Source: Fidelibacterota bacterium (lineage in GTDB: Bacteria > Fidelibacterota > UBA2242). From it: 64,000 nt of DNA. The first letter of the stretch is position 1; each line of letters begins with the position of its first letter. Both the position numbers and the translations under genes were made by a program. The stretch is taken from assembly GCA_049975265.1 (NCBI GenBank), contig JBNGDF010000006.1, positions 34,360-98,359 of the forward strand, in the 5' to 3' direction. Shown piece by piece: positions 31,410 through 41,314 of this stretch. The notes beneath the pieces were generated by a model. It did not search any database, had not been told where the DNA came from, and saw only the letters and a program-made list of their open reading frames with translations.

Positions 31410-33480
31410 TTTTCAGACTCTCTTTGGTTTTTCGGTTCATACGACCAATATAAGTCTCCGCCAGTGCCAGAATCAAGACCAGCCCCATCAACCAGTTGCT
31501 GAACTCCCGGCTATGTTCCAGAGGCTGTAAACCGCTGTCGGTATCACTGAAAACGACATTCAGCCTGCCGTGATAGTCACGTAAAATTTTTTCAAATTCC
31601 TCAATTCCAAAAAAACCTTCCTCGGTCTCCTCCTCCGGAATGTTCACGGCATACTGAGTTATCTGCCGTCCCTGCGATAATATTTCATAAAAACCCGCTT
31701 GCCCGGTATCCTCAAACCGGATAGGATCCTCCGTCCCCAGCGGCAGTTTGATCCGACGGTTGTCAGGCGTCCGAACGACCAAATCCTCGCGAATATTCAG
31801 GCGTGCCGGCGAGATTAACAGCGTATCGCCGCACTCCAGCTTCAAGCCCGCTATTTCCTGTTGAGACAGGTAAAAAACCAGACGATTCAGCACCGTCGGG
31901 AAAAAGCCGGTTAACGGAAGGTTACTCCAGTCGGCTACCGGCGCCGCGGCGGTCAGGATACCACGGTGAACATCAGAAAGGACTTCAATCATAAAGGGTG
32001 TCTTATCTTCAAACGTTGCAATGACGGTATGACTTTTGTTCAGGCTGAAGCCCGGCACGATGTAAAATTCCGGAGAATACTCAAAACCATCCTCTTTCCG
32101 CAAAAGCCGGCTAAACACCGGGTGGTTCAGATCAACCGATCCAATCTTTAAATACTGATCGGCTGATCCCTGCCGGGTAGTACGCCAGCGGGGGAATCCG
32201 TAACCATCGGCCCAGAGTGCATTGAACGTCTCCGGCGTACAATCCTCTCCCGGAAATACAAGTACCCGACGGCTTAATTGGAAATAGCGATCCAGTTTCC
32301 GGCGACCATTTTCCGGAATTTCATCGACATTGGAAAAAATCAGGACGTCATACCGGCTTAAATCCTCCGTCAAAAAGAGGTTGACCGACGCCAATCTGGT
32401 CCTGATACCGGCGGAAGCATCCGCCTCCAGCGCCCGCTTGATAAAGCGACTGTCGGCAGGGCTCCGGGATACAATCAGTACCTCAATCTGCGCCGGAACA
32501 TGAACATTAAAATAACGCTGGTTATCCGGCATCAGGTGGTCATCGGCAATTTCCAGTCGGGCACGTTGAAATCCCGGTGCAAAGGGCAGAAACTCGAAGC
32601 GGACAGTGGCTTCTCCGAAGGGCTCTACCAGCGCCAGCGCCTGACCCAGCTTCTGTTCGTCCAGATAAAGAGCGACCGGTACTTCACGAGACACCAGGCT
32701 CCAGTTCGCGAGACGTCCCTGAACCTGCGCCGGCTGATCGAGACGGAACAGCTGACCGGGTAAAAATACGGAAGAGAGAGCAACATTTTCCTTCTCTCCG
32801 TCAGCCGCAAAAAGGATGATCCGGGTATCTGTTTTTGTCATGAATTCAGCAAAGGGCTGGAGCGCACGGAAACCGGTTTTTTGAAAGTCACTGAGAATCC
32901 AGACCGCCGGATTCAGCTCCTGCTGGGTATCTAATTCAGCCTGAACAGATCGCAGCGCAGTCTCGATTTTTCCATGACGATTGGTAACGTCAACAGCCGC
33001 CAAAATCGCCACAACATCGGCTGAACTGGTGATCAGTCCGGCGTCATTGATCTGATTCGGGCGGGTGGTCTCAACTATTTTGAGATGAATGGGAAAATCG
33101 ATCTGCCCCGTAGCCGTGACCACGCCGGATTTCACGGCTTCCAGTACGCTCTGTCCTTTGACCTGAATCTGCATAGAGAGGGAATTGTCCACGATCAAAT
33201 AGAGGGTTTCGCCACGACCCACAAAAATACCGGGCGAGCGACTGCTGCGATAGGGGCGGGCAAAGCTGAGAATCAGCGCTGCGATCAGCAGAATGCGTAG
33301 GAGCAGCAGCAGAATCTGACGGATCCTGAGCTTCCTGATCAGGTCGATCTCCAGCTGCCTCAGAAACCGTAAGGTGCTGAACTCCTGTTTGGCATACCGC
33401 TGTCGCCCGATGAGATGAATAACGACGGGCAAGGCAGCCAACGGCAACAGATAGAGAAAAAATGGATGAATAAAAGACAT
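31402..33480 (-). CDS. BatA-domain/vWA membrane protein
   Basis: BatA N-terminus (LPVVIHLI...FSTLRFL...LSFARP), MIDAS DNSLS, SDFQ, DDHLMPDNQR, C-terminal TM helix. Confidence 0.8.
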   Translation of the reverse strand: MSFIHPFFLYLLPLAALPVVIHLIGRQRYAKQEFSTLRFLRQLEIDLIRKLRIRQILLLLLRILLIAALILSFARPYRSSRSPGIFVGRGETLYLIVDNSLSMQIQVKGQSVLEAVKSGVVTATGQIDFPIHLKIVETTRPNQINDAGLITSSADVVAILAAVDVTNRHGKIETALRSVQAELDTQQELNPAVWILSDFQKTGFRALQPFAEFMTKTDTRIILFAADGEKENVALSSVFLPGQLFRLDQPAQVQGRLANWSLVSREVPVALYLDEQKLGQALALVEPFGEATVRFEFLPFAPGFQRARLEIADDHLMPDNQRYFNVHVPAQIEVLIVSRSPADSRFIKRALEADASAGIRTRLASVNLFLTEDLSRYDVLIFSNVDEIPENGRRKLDRYFQLSRRVLVFPGEDCTPETFNALWADGYGFPRWRTTRQGSADQYLKIGSVDLNHPVFSRLLRKEDGFEYSPEFYIVPGFSLNKSHTVIATFEDKTPFMIEVLSDVHRGILTAAAPVADWSNLPLTGFFPTVLNRLVFYLSQQEIAGLKLECGDTLLISPARLNIREDLVVRTPDNRRIKLPLGTEDPIRFEDTGQAGFYEILSQGRQITQYAVNIPEEETEEGFFGIEEFEKILRDYHGRLNVVFSDTDSGLQPLEHSREFSNWLMGLVLILALAETYIGRMNRKTKESLKNG

Positions 33481-33492
33481 CAGACCGAAGGA

Positions 33493-34074
33493 TTATACTA
33501 AAAAATACATGAGCAGGGCGGACATCGTGGGGATGACCAGATTATCGTCCAGCCGACCGGTTACCAACTCCAGTCCGCCGGCGAGTACTGCTCCCGCCAA
33601 CTTGACATACAGGTCGACTCCCGGGATCCACCAGGTGACCAGCAGGCTGGCGGCGATAAACGCCAGTGTCCCTTCCAGGGTTTTGGAACGGGACAGCCGG
33701 ATTTTGCCATATGCCATTCCCACCAGACAGGCACTGGGATCACCGACCAGGATAAACAACATGGCAATCACGGCAATCGTCTTGGGAAACAGGTAGACCA
33801 CCAGCAGCGATCCCAACAGCAGGTAACTGGCACCAGTGAGATGATTGGCATGTTCATGAGGTCGGGTGATATCGCCGAAAAAGCGATTATATATAGTGCG
33901 ACAGGCAGGTATCCTGATCCGCAGGATCTCGATGATCAGCATCCCCGCCGACAGGATTAGCAGAATAAGGACCGCCTCTCTCTTTTCCAGAAAAAAATAG
34001 TAGGTCAGCGGAATCAAACCGGTTAAATAGTGGATAGCCTTGCGAGCCAGCTCCGATTTAGGGATTTCATTCAC
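33493..34074 (-). CDS. SEC59/DGK1/VTE5-family CTP-dependent lipid (polyprenol/diacylglycerol) kinase
   Basis: ELARKAIH, GDPSACLVG, KTLEG, DDNLVIP; multi-pass membrane protein. Confidence 0.8.
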   Translation of the reverse strand: MNEIPKSELARKAIHYLTGLIPLTYYFFLEKREAVLILLILSAGMLIIEILRIRIPACRTIYNRFFGDITRPHEHANHLTGASYLLLGSLLVVYLFPKTIAVIAMLFILVGDPSACLVGMAYGKIRLSRSKTLEGTLAFIAASLLVTWWIPGVDLYVKLAGAVLAGGLELVTGRLDDNLVIPTMSALLMYFLV

Positions 34075-34717
34075 TTTTAAGTCTCTCCGTCAAAGCGCGA
34101 AAATTATCACCGGGTTCCCCGTTTGAAAAAACAGCTGAACCGGCAACGATTAAATCCACCCCGGCCGATTTGGCGTCCACTATGGTGTGAATATTCACAC
34201 CGCCATCGATCTCAATGGGGAAGCCGTATTTTTGAGAATAGGGTTTAGCCAGACGCACTTTATCGAGTGCCTCCTTAATCATCGTCTGCCCCCCAAATCC
34301 CGGTTCCACCGTCATCACCAGCAGATGCTCGGTATGCTCCAGATAGGGTACAATATCCAGGAAAGGGGTTGGCGGATTGATCACCAAACCGGGTTTCGCT
34401 CCCAAACGGCGAATCGTCTCAAAATCCCGCAACACATCCCGGCTGGACTCGATATGAATCCCCACCGTGTCACTCCCGGCTTTGATATAGGGTTCTATGA
34501 ATTTCTCGGGATCCGTGATCATCAGGTGGGATTCCAGATGCAAGTGCGTAATTTTCCGAATAGCCTCCACAATAAAAGGACCAATGGTAATGTTCGGAAC
34601 GAAGTGACCGTCCATAATATCCAGATGCAGCCGTTTGGCACCGGCAATCTCCACCGCTCGGATCTCTTCCCCTAATTGGGTAAAATCGGCAGACAACAAG
34701 GATGGTACGATCTCCAT
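34067..34717 (-). CDS. rpe: Ribulose-phosphate 3-epimerase
   Basis: PSLLSADF, HLDIMDGHFVPN, MTVEPGFGGQ, IDGG, VAGSA. Confidence 0.96.
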   Translation of the reverse strand: MEIVPSLLSADFTQLGEEIRAVEIAGAKRLHLDIMDGHFVPNITIGPFIVEAIRKITHLHLESHLMITDPEKFIEPYIKAGSDTVGIHIESSRDVLRDFETIRRLGAKPGLVINPPTPFLDIVPYLEHTEHLLVMTVEPGFGGQTMIKEALDKVRLAKPYSQKYGFPIEIDGGVNIHTIVDAKSAGVDLIVAGSAVFSNGEPGDNFRALTERLKSE

Positions 34718-34718
34718 T

Positions 34719-35465
34719 TTAATCTCCGGTATGGCTGGTAATGGTAACCTCCAGATCAATGGCAACCGGATTATCATAGAGAATCCCAAATTCCGGCTGC
34801 TGCCCGATCACCGTGTAGGCGACCAGATCATCATTGGTGATATAGCGAATTGACCCCACCTCGAATCCGGTATTGCGGATCAATACCTTTGCCTCTTCGA
34901 GATTCAGCCCAAACAGGTCGGGTACCTGCAACTGGCGGGGTGGCAACCCCTTACTGACCACCAGCGATACGCTGTCGTTGGACGAAACCATCTGCCGGGG
35001 ACGGATGGACTGAGCCGTGATGACACCGTTGGGCTTTTCCGAAGAATATTCATAACTGATATCCGCCACCTCTAAGTGCAGACGCTGCAGCTCCAGATTC
35101 GCCGCTTTCAAAACCTTCCCCACCAGATTCGGCATGGGAAAGAAGTGCTCGCCGCCTATGATCACCAGGCGGACAACCCGACCCTTTTTCACCGGCGTAC
35201 CGGCGGGTGGCTGCTGATCTACAATAGTCTGTGGAGGGTATTTTTCATCATGAGTGGTATCAATTACCTCATAATGCAAGCCAATCATATCGAAGATGAT
35301 CGCCGCTTCATCCAGCGACCGCCCACAGACATCCACCAGCGAAATCTCTTCGCCGTGCTCTACATAAAGCGGCATCACGATTTTGTCCATTACCAGTACA
35401 AATCCGGCGGTAAAAATGACAAAAACCGTTAAAAAACGAATCCAGTTGCGTACTCTGATGGTCAT
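34719..35465 (-). CDS. Membrane-anchored protein with three PASTA domains and no kinase domain
   Basis: N-terminal TM helix, then three repeats (LVDVCG..QQP, MPNLVG..AQS, VPDLFG..QQP). Confidence 0.85.
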   Translation of the reverse strand: MTIRVRNWIRFLTVFVIFTAGFVLVMDKIVMPLYVEHGEEISLVDVCGRSLDEAAIIFDMIGLHYEVIDTTHDEKYPPQTIVDQQPPAGTPVKKGRVVRLVIIGGEHFFPMPNLVGKVLKAANLELQRLHLEVADISYEYSSEKPNGVITAQSIRPRQMVSSNDSVSLVVSKGLPPRQLQVPDLFGLNLEEAKVLIRNTGFEVGSIRYITNDDLVAYTVIGQQPEFGILYDNPVAIDLEVTITSHTGD

Positions 35466-35466
35466 T

Positions 35467-36801
35467 TTATATTCTCATCTGTTGCTTTTTCGACAGTCGG
35501 ACGGCGAAGGCGCCGGTCGCCTGGTGGACGTGCGGCAGTACCTGCACGGTACCCTTCCTGTCAATCCATTTTTCCATCCCAAATCGATCGGCTGACTCGA
35601 TATGAAACTCTTCCTCATTCTCCAAAAACCACTCGATATTCTGCCAGTTTTCCTCCGGCTCAATGGAACAGGTGCTGTAAACCATTACTCCGCCCGGCTT
35701 CACGAATCTGCTCACATTCCTCAATATTTGCCTCTGGATTGTAACGAGCTCCTTTAGCTCTTCCGGGCTCCGATTCCAGCGCAAATCCGCCCGGCGCGCC
35801 ATCACACCCGTTCCGCTACAGGGTACATCAATCAAAATTTTGTCAGCCATCGGATACGTCGCTGAGCGGGCGTCGGCAATGCCGTAATTTACAAAATCAA
35901 TCCCTAATCGAAAGCCCTCATTTCGCATCAGTACTACTTTATCCGGTGACACATCATAAGCCCATAGCGTACTCCGGCGACCCGCCAGCTGTGCAATCAT
36001 TGTCGTCTTACCGCCGGGCGCCGCACAGACATCCAGAATCAGGTCACCCTCAAGCGGGTCCAGCAAACGAACCGCCAGCGACTGAGTGAAGTCCTGTACC
36101 GAAAAACAGCCCTGTTTGAAAAAATCGCTGCGCAACAGATCACCGGGACGATCCGTAAAGAAAAAAACCGGGCTCAAATCGGTTGCCAACTGCACACCAT
36201 ACCGCCGGGCAATCAGCTTTACATACAGCTCTTTCCAGGAAATTTTCAGCGGGTTATGACGAAAATAGATCCGCTGGTAGCGATTATTGAATTCAGCAAT
36301 CTTGCGGGTATTTTCAAACCCATAGCGGGCAATCCAGCGCTCAATTAACCATCGCGGATGAGAGCACTGCAACGCCAGAGTGTCAGATTCAGGCAAAGCA
36401 TCCAGCCGAGACTCCAGGAGTTCCCTTGATGGCAAATGCCGCAACACCGCATTGATCAGACCGGTTGCATGAAATTTATTCAGTTGACGCGCAGCAGCGA
36501 CCGTCTCATTGGTGAACGCATGCGCCGGGGTGTTCAATTCCAGATATTGAAAAACACCCAGACGCAACAGATTCAGCACCGTTTTTTCAAACTTGTGGAC
36601 CGGTCGCTGAGCAGCCATTTCGATCACAAAATCCAGGCGAGGGCGGTGCAGGATAACACCTTTGACCAGCAGATACAGAAAATCGCGGTCCCGGCGTGAC
36701 AAATGCAAATCATCCGCCTTTTGAGCAATCTTCTGCTCGTAATCGAAATAGGGATCCTGGGCGGAATTCAGAACACAGACGGCAGCAGCACGAACATTCA
36801 C
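35467..36801 (-). CDS. rsmB: 16S rRNA m5C967 methyltransferase RsmB (with NusB-like N-terminal domain)
   Basis: LINAVLR, SHPRWL, VQD, DVCAAPGGKT, DVPCSGTG, YSTCS; GTG 36801 overlaps the fmt stop. Confidence 0.92.
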   Translation of the reverse strand: MNVRAAAVCVLNSAQDPYFDYEQKIAQKADDLHLSRRDRDFLYLLVKGVILHRPRLDFVIEMAAQRPVHKFEKTVLNLLRLGVFQYLELNTPAHAFTNETVAAARQLNKFHATGLINAVLRHLPSRELLESRLDALPESDTLALQCSHPRWLIERWIARYGFENTRKIAEFNNRYQRIYFRHNPLKISWKELYVKLIARRYGVQLATDLSPVFFFTDRPGDLLRSDFFKQGCFSVQDFTQSLAVRLLDPLEGDLILDVCAAPGGKTTMIAQLAGRRSTLWAYDVSPDKVVLMRNEGFRLGIDFVNYGIADARSATYPMADKILIDVPCSGTGVMARRADLRWNRSPEELKELVTIQRQILRNVSRFVKPGGVMVYSTCSIEPEENWQNIEWFLENEEEFHIESADRFGMEKWIDRKGTVQVLPHVHQATGAFAVRLSKKQQMRI

Positions 36802-37727
36802 GACCGGAAGGAGTCTCCGGTTTTGCCCTGAAAACCGCACAAAAATTCCGTCACCGGCAGAGCCTTCTTTCCTTCCGCCTGTAACTCAAGAGGAAAGAGA
36901 ATCCCGGAACCGGTCTGAATTCCCAGCCGGTTTTTGCCCGCTTCAACAATGGTTCCCGGCGGTCTCCCCGCATCATCACTGGTACATTGAGCCCGTAAAA
37001 ACTTGACTCGTTTGCCGCCGAAGAATGAGAACGCACCCGGAGCCGGTGACAGTCCGTGAATCAGGTGCTGGATTGTGCCAGCATCTTTTGACCAGTCAAT
37101 CCGCCCTGTCTCGGCATGGATTTTCGGCGCGCGGGTAGCCTGTGAATCGTCCTGAGGGATAGAGATGACAGTGCCGCTTTCCAGCCGGTTCAGCACCTCC
37201 ACCAGTGCCGCGCCACCCAGCTGTGCCAACCGGGTATACAGCTCACCATAGGTCTCTTGTTCCCCGATCGCCACCCTCTCTTGAAACAGGATATCCCCCG
37301 TATCGACCTGCGGTGTAATCTGAAATACCGTAATCCCGGTCTCTTTTTCACCGTTGATAATCGCCCAGTTGATGGGTGCAGCGCCCCGATATTGCGGCAG
37401 CAGCGAGGCATGCAGATTAATGGCACCCAGCCGGGCAGCCCGGATCACCTCATCCGGCAATATGCGGAAGGCAACAACTACGATAAGATCGGCTTGCATG
37501 CTGCGGATTTGCTCCAGAAATTCAGGGCTATTCAGCGATGGTGGCTGCAGAATCGGCAGACTCAGCTGCCGAGCCAGCTGTTTAATCGGCATTTCACAAA
37601 CGGTCCGACCCCGTCCCGCCGGTTTGTCACAACCGGTCACCACACCGGCTATCCGATGACCGGATTCCGCAATCGCCCGTAACCCCGGAACCGCAAATTC
37701 CGGGGTGCCCATGTAAATTATTTTCAT
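36798..37727 (-). CDS. fmt: Methionyl-tRNA formyltransferase
   Basis: MGTPEFAV, NLHASLLPQYRGAAPI. Confidence 0.97.
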   Translation of the reverse strand: MKIIYMGTPEFAVPGLRAIAESGHRIAGVVTGCDKPAGRGRTVCEMPIKQLARQLSLPILQPPSLNSPEFLEQIRSMQADLIVVVAFRILPDEVIRAARLGAINLHASLLPQYRGAAPINWAIINGEKETGITVFQITPQVDTGDILFQERVAIGEQETYGELYTRLAQLGGAALVEVLNRLESGTVISIPQDDSQATRAPKIHAETGRIDWSKDAGTIQHLIHGLSPAPGAFSFFGGKRVKFLRAQCTSDDAGRPPGTIVEAGKNRLGIQTGSGILFPLELQAEGKKALPVTEFLCGFQGKTGDSFRS

Positions 37728-37733
37728 GGAAGA

Positions 37734-38267
37734 TTAAATCGTAATGGGTTCAGTCTGGTTTGTACCTTTTTCGGCAATGCGTTTTAATTTTGATTGAATA
37801 AAGCTGCGTTTCAGCGGGCTGAGCCGCTCCACAAAGAGAACTCCATTGAGATGATCCACTTCATGCTGGACAACCCGCGCCGGAAATCCCGTAAATTCTC
37901 TTTCCAGTATCTCCCGTTCAAGATTTTCATAGCGGACCCTGATTTCATACGCCCGGGTAACCTTCTCGCGGATTCCCGGAATGCTCAGGCAGCCCTCTTC
38001 CAGAATGTCGCTTCCGCGCTTTTCCAGGATTTCCGGGTTGATAAAAACCTCCCGCGACAGGGTTTTATCATGGAGCGAGAAATCGGCAATAAAAAAGCGC
38101 TGGTCCAGACCGACCTGATTGGCGGACAGACCGATCCCGTCATCGCTGTACATGGTCGTGTACATCCGTTCCAGAAATTGCGGAAATGCCCGGGGCAACT
38201 CGCCAACTCGGCGGGTATTGCGCAATAGCAGCGGACTGCCATAGAGATATATCTCCAGAGAATCCAT
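37734..38267 (-). CDS. def: Peptide deformylase
   Basis: GIGLSANQVG, EGCLS, QHEVDHLNG. Confidence 0.97.
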   Translation of the reverse strand: MDSLEIYLYGSPLLLRNTRRVGELPRAFPQFLERMYTTMYSDDGIGLSANQVGLDQRFFIADFSLHDKTLSREVFINPEILEKRGSDILEEGCLSIPGIREKVTRAYEIRVRYENLEREILEREFTGFPARVVQHEVDHLNGVLFVERLSPLKRSFIQSKLKRIAEKGTNQTEPITI

Positions 38268-38268
38268 G

Positions 38269-38604
38269 CTATTTTACAACCGACTTGTCAACCAGCTTTT
38301 CCGCCACGGCGGACCGGGTAATATGAATTTTGACATCCTTGGCAATCTTGATGATCAGGATGCCTTCGCTTTCACGCAGGCCTTCGATTTTACCGTAAAT
38401 ACCACCAATCGTCAGAACTTCGTCGCCCGGCTTCAACTCTTTCAGCATCTGCTGTTTCTCTTTCTGCTTTTTCGCCTGAGGACGAATCATCAGCAGATAC
38501 ATGATCAGAATAATTGCCAAAAAGGGCAAAAGGGACAGAATCGGGTTGCCCTGCTGGGCGCCGGCTCCGCCACCCATTGTACCGGCATAAAGTAATGTGT
38601 TCAC
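38269..38604 (-). CDS. yajC: Preprotein translocase subunit YajC
   Basis: YLLMIRPQ, LKPGDEVLTIGGIYG; GGAGG RBS with GTG start. Confidence 0.93.
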   Translation of the reverse strand: MNTLLYAGTMGGGAGAQQGNPILSLLPFLAIILIMYLLMIRPQAKKQKEKQQMLKELKPGDEVLTIGGIYGKIEGLRESEGILIIKIAKDVKIHITRSAVAEKLVDKSVVK

Positions 38605-38638
38605 GTAACCTCCAATTTCAAATCATCGTTAAGTTTAA

Positions 38639-40210
38639 TCAATCTATCCGGTAATGGCAACCCCGACTTCCTTTGTGCAGGCGGGCGGCATGCAACACCA
38701 GCAGCGAGGTCGTCGCCGCATGGCGCAGTCCGATCAGCTCATCACTCAGTTCACTATGATGGTAAAAATGCTGAATATCCTGATTAAGCTGCCATAAAAT
38801 CCCAAAAGCCCGTTCCAGCTTCTTTTTTGTCCGCACAATCCCCACATAGTTCCACATGGTTTGGCGAATGATCGAGCGGTCCTGCCGGATCAGGTCCGGA
38901 TCAATCGCCTCCGTCTCCTTTCTCCAGGCGGAGACGGCTGGTTTGATCATCTCCTCTCTGGCGATCTGTGTTGCGGCATCCTGACCCGCGATGACGCCAA
39001 AAACCAGGCACTCCAGCAGCGAACTGCTGGCGAGACGATTGGCTCCGTGCAAGCCGGTGCAGGCAACCTCACCGACGGCTTTCAGGCGCCGGATCGTGGT
39101 ATTCGCCCGCATGTCCGTCGCCACACCACCACACTCATAATGCGCCGCCGGAACCACCGGAATCCCTTCGGTGGTGATATCAACCTTATGTTCCAGACAT
39201 TTCTTATAAATCTTCGGAAAGCGCTTTTTGATCCAGGCACTGTCGCGATGGGTAATATCGAGATAAACAAATTTGCTATCCGTTTCGTTCATCTCCGTTA
39301 TGATGGCACGGGCAACGATGTCCCGGGGTGCCAGGTTCCCCAATTCATGATATCGTTTCATGAAATCTTCACCCCGCTTATTGCGGAGTACCGCACCTTC
39401 ACCCCGGAGTGCTTCCGTAATCAGAAAACGCTCCTCATTTGTCGAGAAAAGCGTAGTGGGATGAAACTGGACATACTCCATATTCATAATCCGGGCACCC
39501 GCCCGGTACGCCATGGCGTAACCGTCGCCGCGAATGCGGGTTGAGGGATTAGACGTATGCAGGTAAAGACTGCCCAGTCCGCCGGTGGCGAGGATGGTAT
39601 ATTTTGCCATTACCGGATAGACCTCTTTTTCCTTCTGATTAAATACATAGGCGCCGACGCAGGTGCTGGGCTCATAGATATGCAGGGGATTTCGGGAGTG
39701 GTGCGCCAGCGTGATCAAATCCACGGCGGTGACATTCTGCATGATCGCAATATTGTCCAATGCCCGGATTCGCCGCACAAAGCAGTCCTGAATCGATTGT
39801 CCGGTATAATCTTTGACAAAAGCGATCCGTGAAAAGCTGTGGGAGCCCTCCTTTGTCAGTGCCAGTTTGCCGTCGCTATTTCGATTAAAGGGAACCTTCA
39901 GTTCGTCACACAGTATTCGCTCGACACACTCCGGACCTCTCTGCCAGATGACCCGCACGGCATCTTCGTTGACAATCCCGGCACCGGCACGCTGGAAATC
40001 GCGCAAAAAGCTCTCTTCGGTATCCTTATCCGCCCGGTAAATAATCCCCCCCTGCGCATAATAGGACGAAGACTCCGGCAGGTCTGCCTGCGCGGTAATC
40101 AGCACGACCCTAAGACCTTCGCGGGCGGCGGCATAGGCGGCTGACAATCCCGCCAATCCCGTACCGATCACCAAAACATCTGTATCTATGAAATGATCTC
40201 TTGATTTCAT
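38639..40210 (-). CDS. nadB: L-aspartate oxidase
   Basis: IGTGLAG, AQGGI, QFHPT, EALRGEG, LAPRDIV, GLHGANRLAS; adjacent to nadA. Confidence 0.93.
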   Translation of the reverse strand: MKSRDHFIDTDVLVIGTGLAGLSAAYAAAREGLRVVLITAQADLPESSSYYAQGGIIYRADKDTEESFLRDFQRAGAGIVNEDAVRVIWQRGPECVERILCDELKVPFNRNSDGKLALTKEGSHSFSRIAFVKDYTGQSIQDCFVRRIRALDNIAIMQNVTAVDLITLAHHSRNPLHIYEPSTCVGAYVFNQKEKEVYPVMAKYTILATGGLGSLYLHTSNPSTRIRGDGYAMAYRAGARIMNMEYVQFHPTTLFSTNEERFLITEALRGEGAVLRNKRGEDFMKRYHELGNLAPRDIVARAIITEMNETDSKFVYLDITHRDSAWIKKRFPKIYKKCLEHKVDITTEGIPVVPAAHYECGGVATDMRANTTIRRLKAVGEVACTGLHGANRLASSSLLECLVFGVIAGQDAATQIAREEMIKPAVSAWRKETEAIDPDLIRQDRSIIRQTMWNYVGIVRTKKKLERAFGILWQLNQDIQHFYHHSELSDELIGLRHAATTSLLVLHAARLHKGSRGCHYRID

Positions 40211-41298
40211 GATTTTAGCTCCAACATTCGCTGCAATGCCTTCCGGGCACCAGCCGCAAAACGTTCTGCCACCACCACACGGTTGATCAGGTTGCCCCGA
40301 TCCAGCTGATCCAGCTGAAATGCCAGTTTCTCCAGACTGATCTGTGCCATAGTCCGACAGGCGGGTTCAGAAGAGTGCAGTATTTCAATCCGTTGTTCGG
40401 GGTGTTCGTTCTGCAATCGGTTCACCAGGTTTTTTTCCGTTCCGATTGCCCAGTGTGTCCCCGGCGGCGCATTTTTTACTTTTTCAATGATATCCGCTGT
40501 GCTGCCCATTTCATCGGCGGACCGGGCTACGTCAAAATTACATTCCGGATGAACGATAATGCGAATCCGTGGATCCTCCCGGCGGAACCGCTCGATGGTG
40601 TCACCGTCAAATTCCTGGTGAACATCACAGAAACCGTCCCAGAGAATTACCCGCGCCTGGCGAATCGATTTCTCCGATACGGCACCGTCGGTTTCATCAG
40701 AATTCCAGAGAATGATTTCAGCCAGGTCAATGCCCATTTTATAAGCCGTATTACGTCCCAGATGCTGATCGGGAAAAAAGAAAACCTTGTCACCCCGCTC
40801 AAACGCCCATGTCAGCGCCGCCGCCGCATTGGATGAGGTACAGACCAGACCGCCGTTCTCGCCGCAAAACGCCTTCAGATCGGCGCCGGAATTGACATAG
40901 GTTATCGGCACAATCCGTGCCCCACTCCACGAGCGGAGCGTCCGCCAGGCGGTTACCACCGATTCAATGCGCGCACAATCCGCCAGAAAACAGCCGGCGG
41001 TGGGGTCTGGAATAAACACCTGCTGCTCCGGACGAGTCACAATATCGGCGGTTTCTGCCATAAAATGCACGCCGCAGAAAACGATGTACTCCGCTGTTGC
41101 CGCAGCGGCAATCTTTGCCAGTGCAAAGGAATCGCCCCGCCGGTCGGCATGAGCGATGATAGCGTCACTCATGTAATGATGACCCAGGATCAGTAAACGC
41201 CTGCCGAATTTCCTTTTTACTCTGGTAATCAGCTCATCTAATTCATGCCCGGGCTTATTGAAAAAAGGATCGGATAAGGATATTGGATTAATCGTCAT
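40207..41298 (-). CDS. nadA: Quinolinate synthase
   Basis: GHHY, FCGVHFMAE, TYVNS, CTSSNA, PDQHLG, VHPEC. Confidence 0.94.
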   Translation of the reverse strand: MTINPISLSDPFFNKPGHELDELITRVKRKFGRRLLILGHHYMSDAIIAHADRRGDSFALAKIAAAATAEYIVFCGVHFMAETADIVTRPEQQVFIPDPTAGCFLADCARIESVVTAWRTLRSWSGARIVPITYVNSGADLKAFCGENGGLVCTSSNAAAALTWAFERGDKVFFFPDQHLGRNTAYKMGIDLAEIILWNSDETDGAVSEKSIRQARVILWDGFCDVHQEFDGDTIERFRREDPRIRIIVHPECNFDVARSADEMGSTADIIEKVKNAPPGTHWAIGTEKNLVNRLQNEHPEQRIEILHSSEPACRTMAQISLEKLAFQLDQLDRGNLINRVVVAERFAAGARKALQRMLELKS

Positions 41299-41314
41299 GA
41301 AACGGTCTTTCGAT

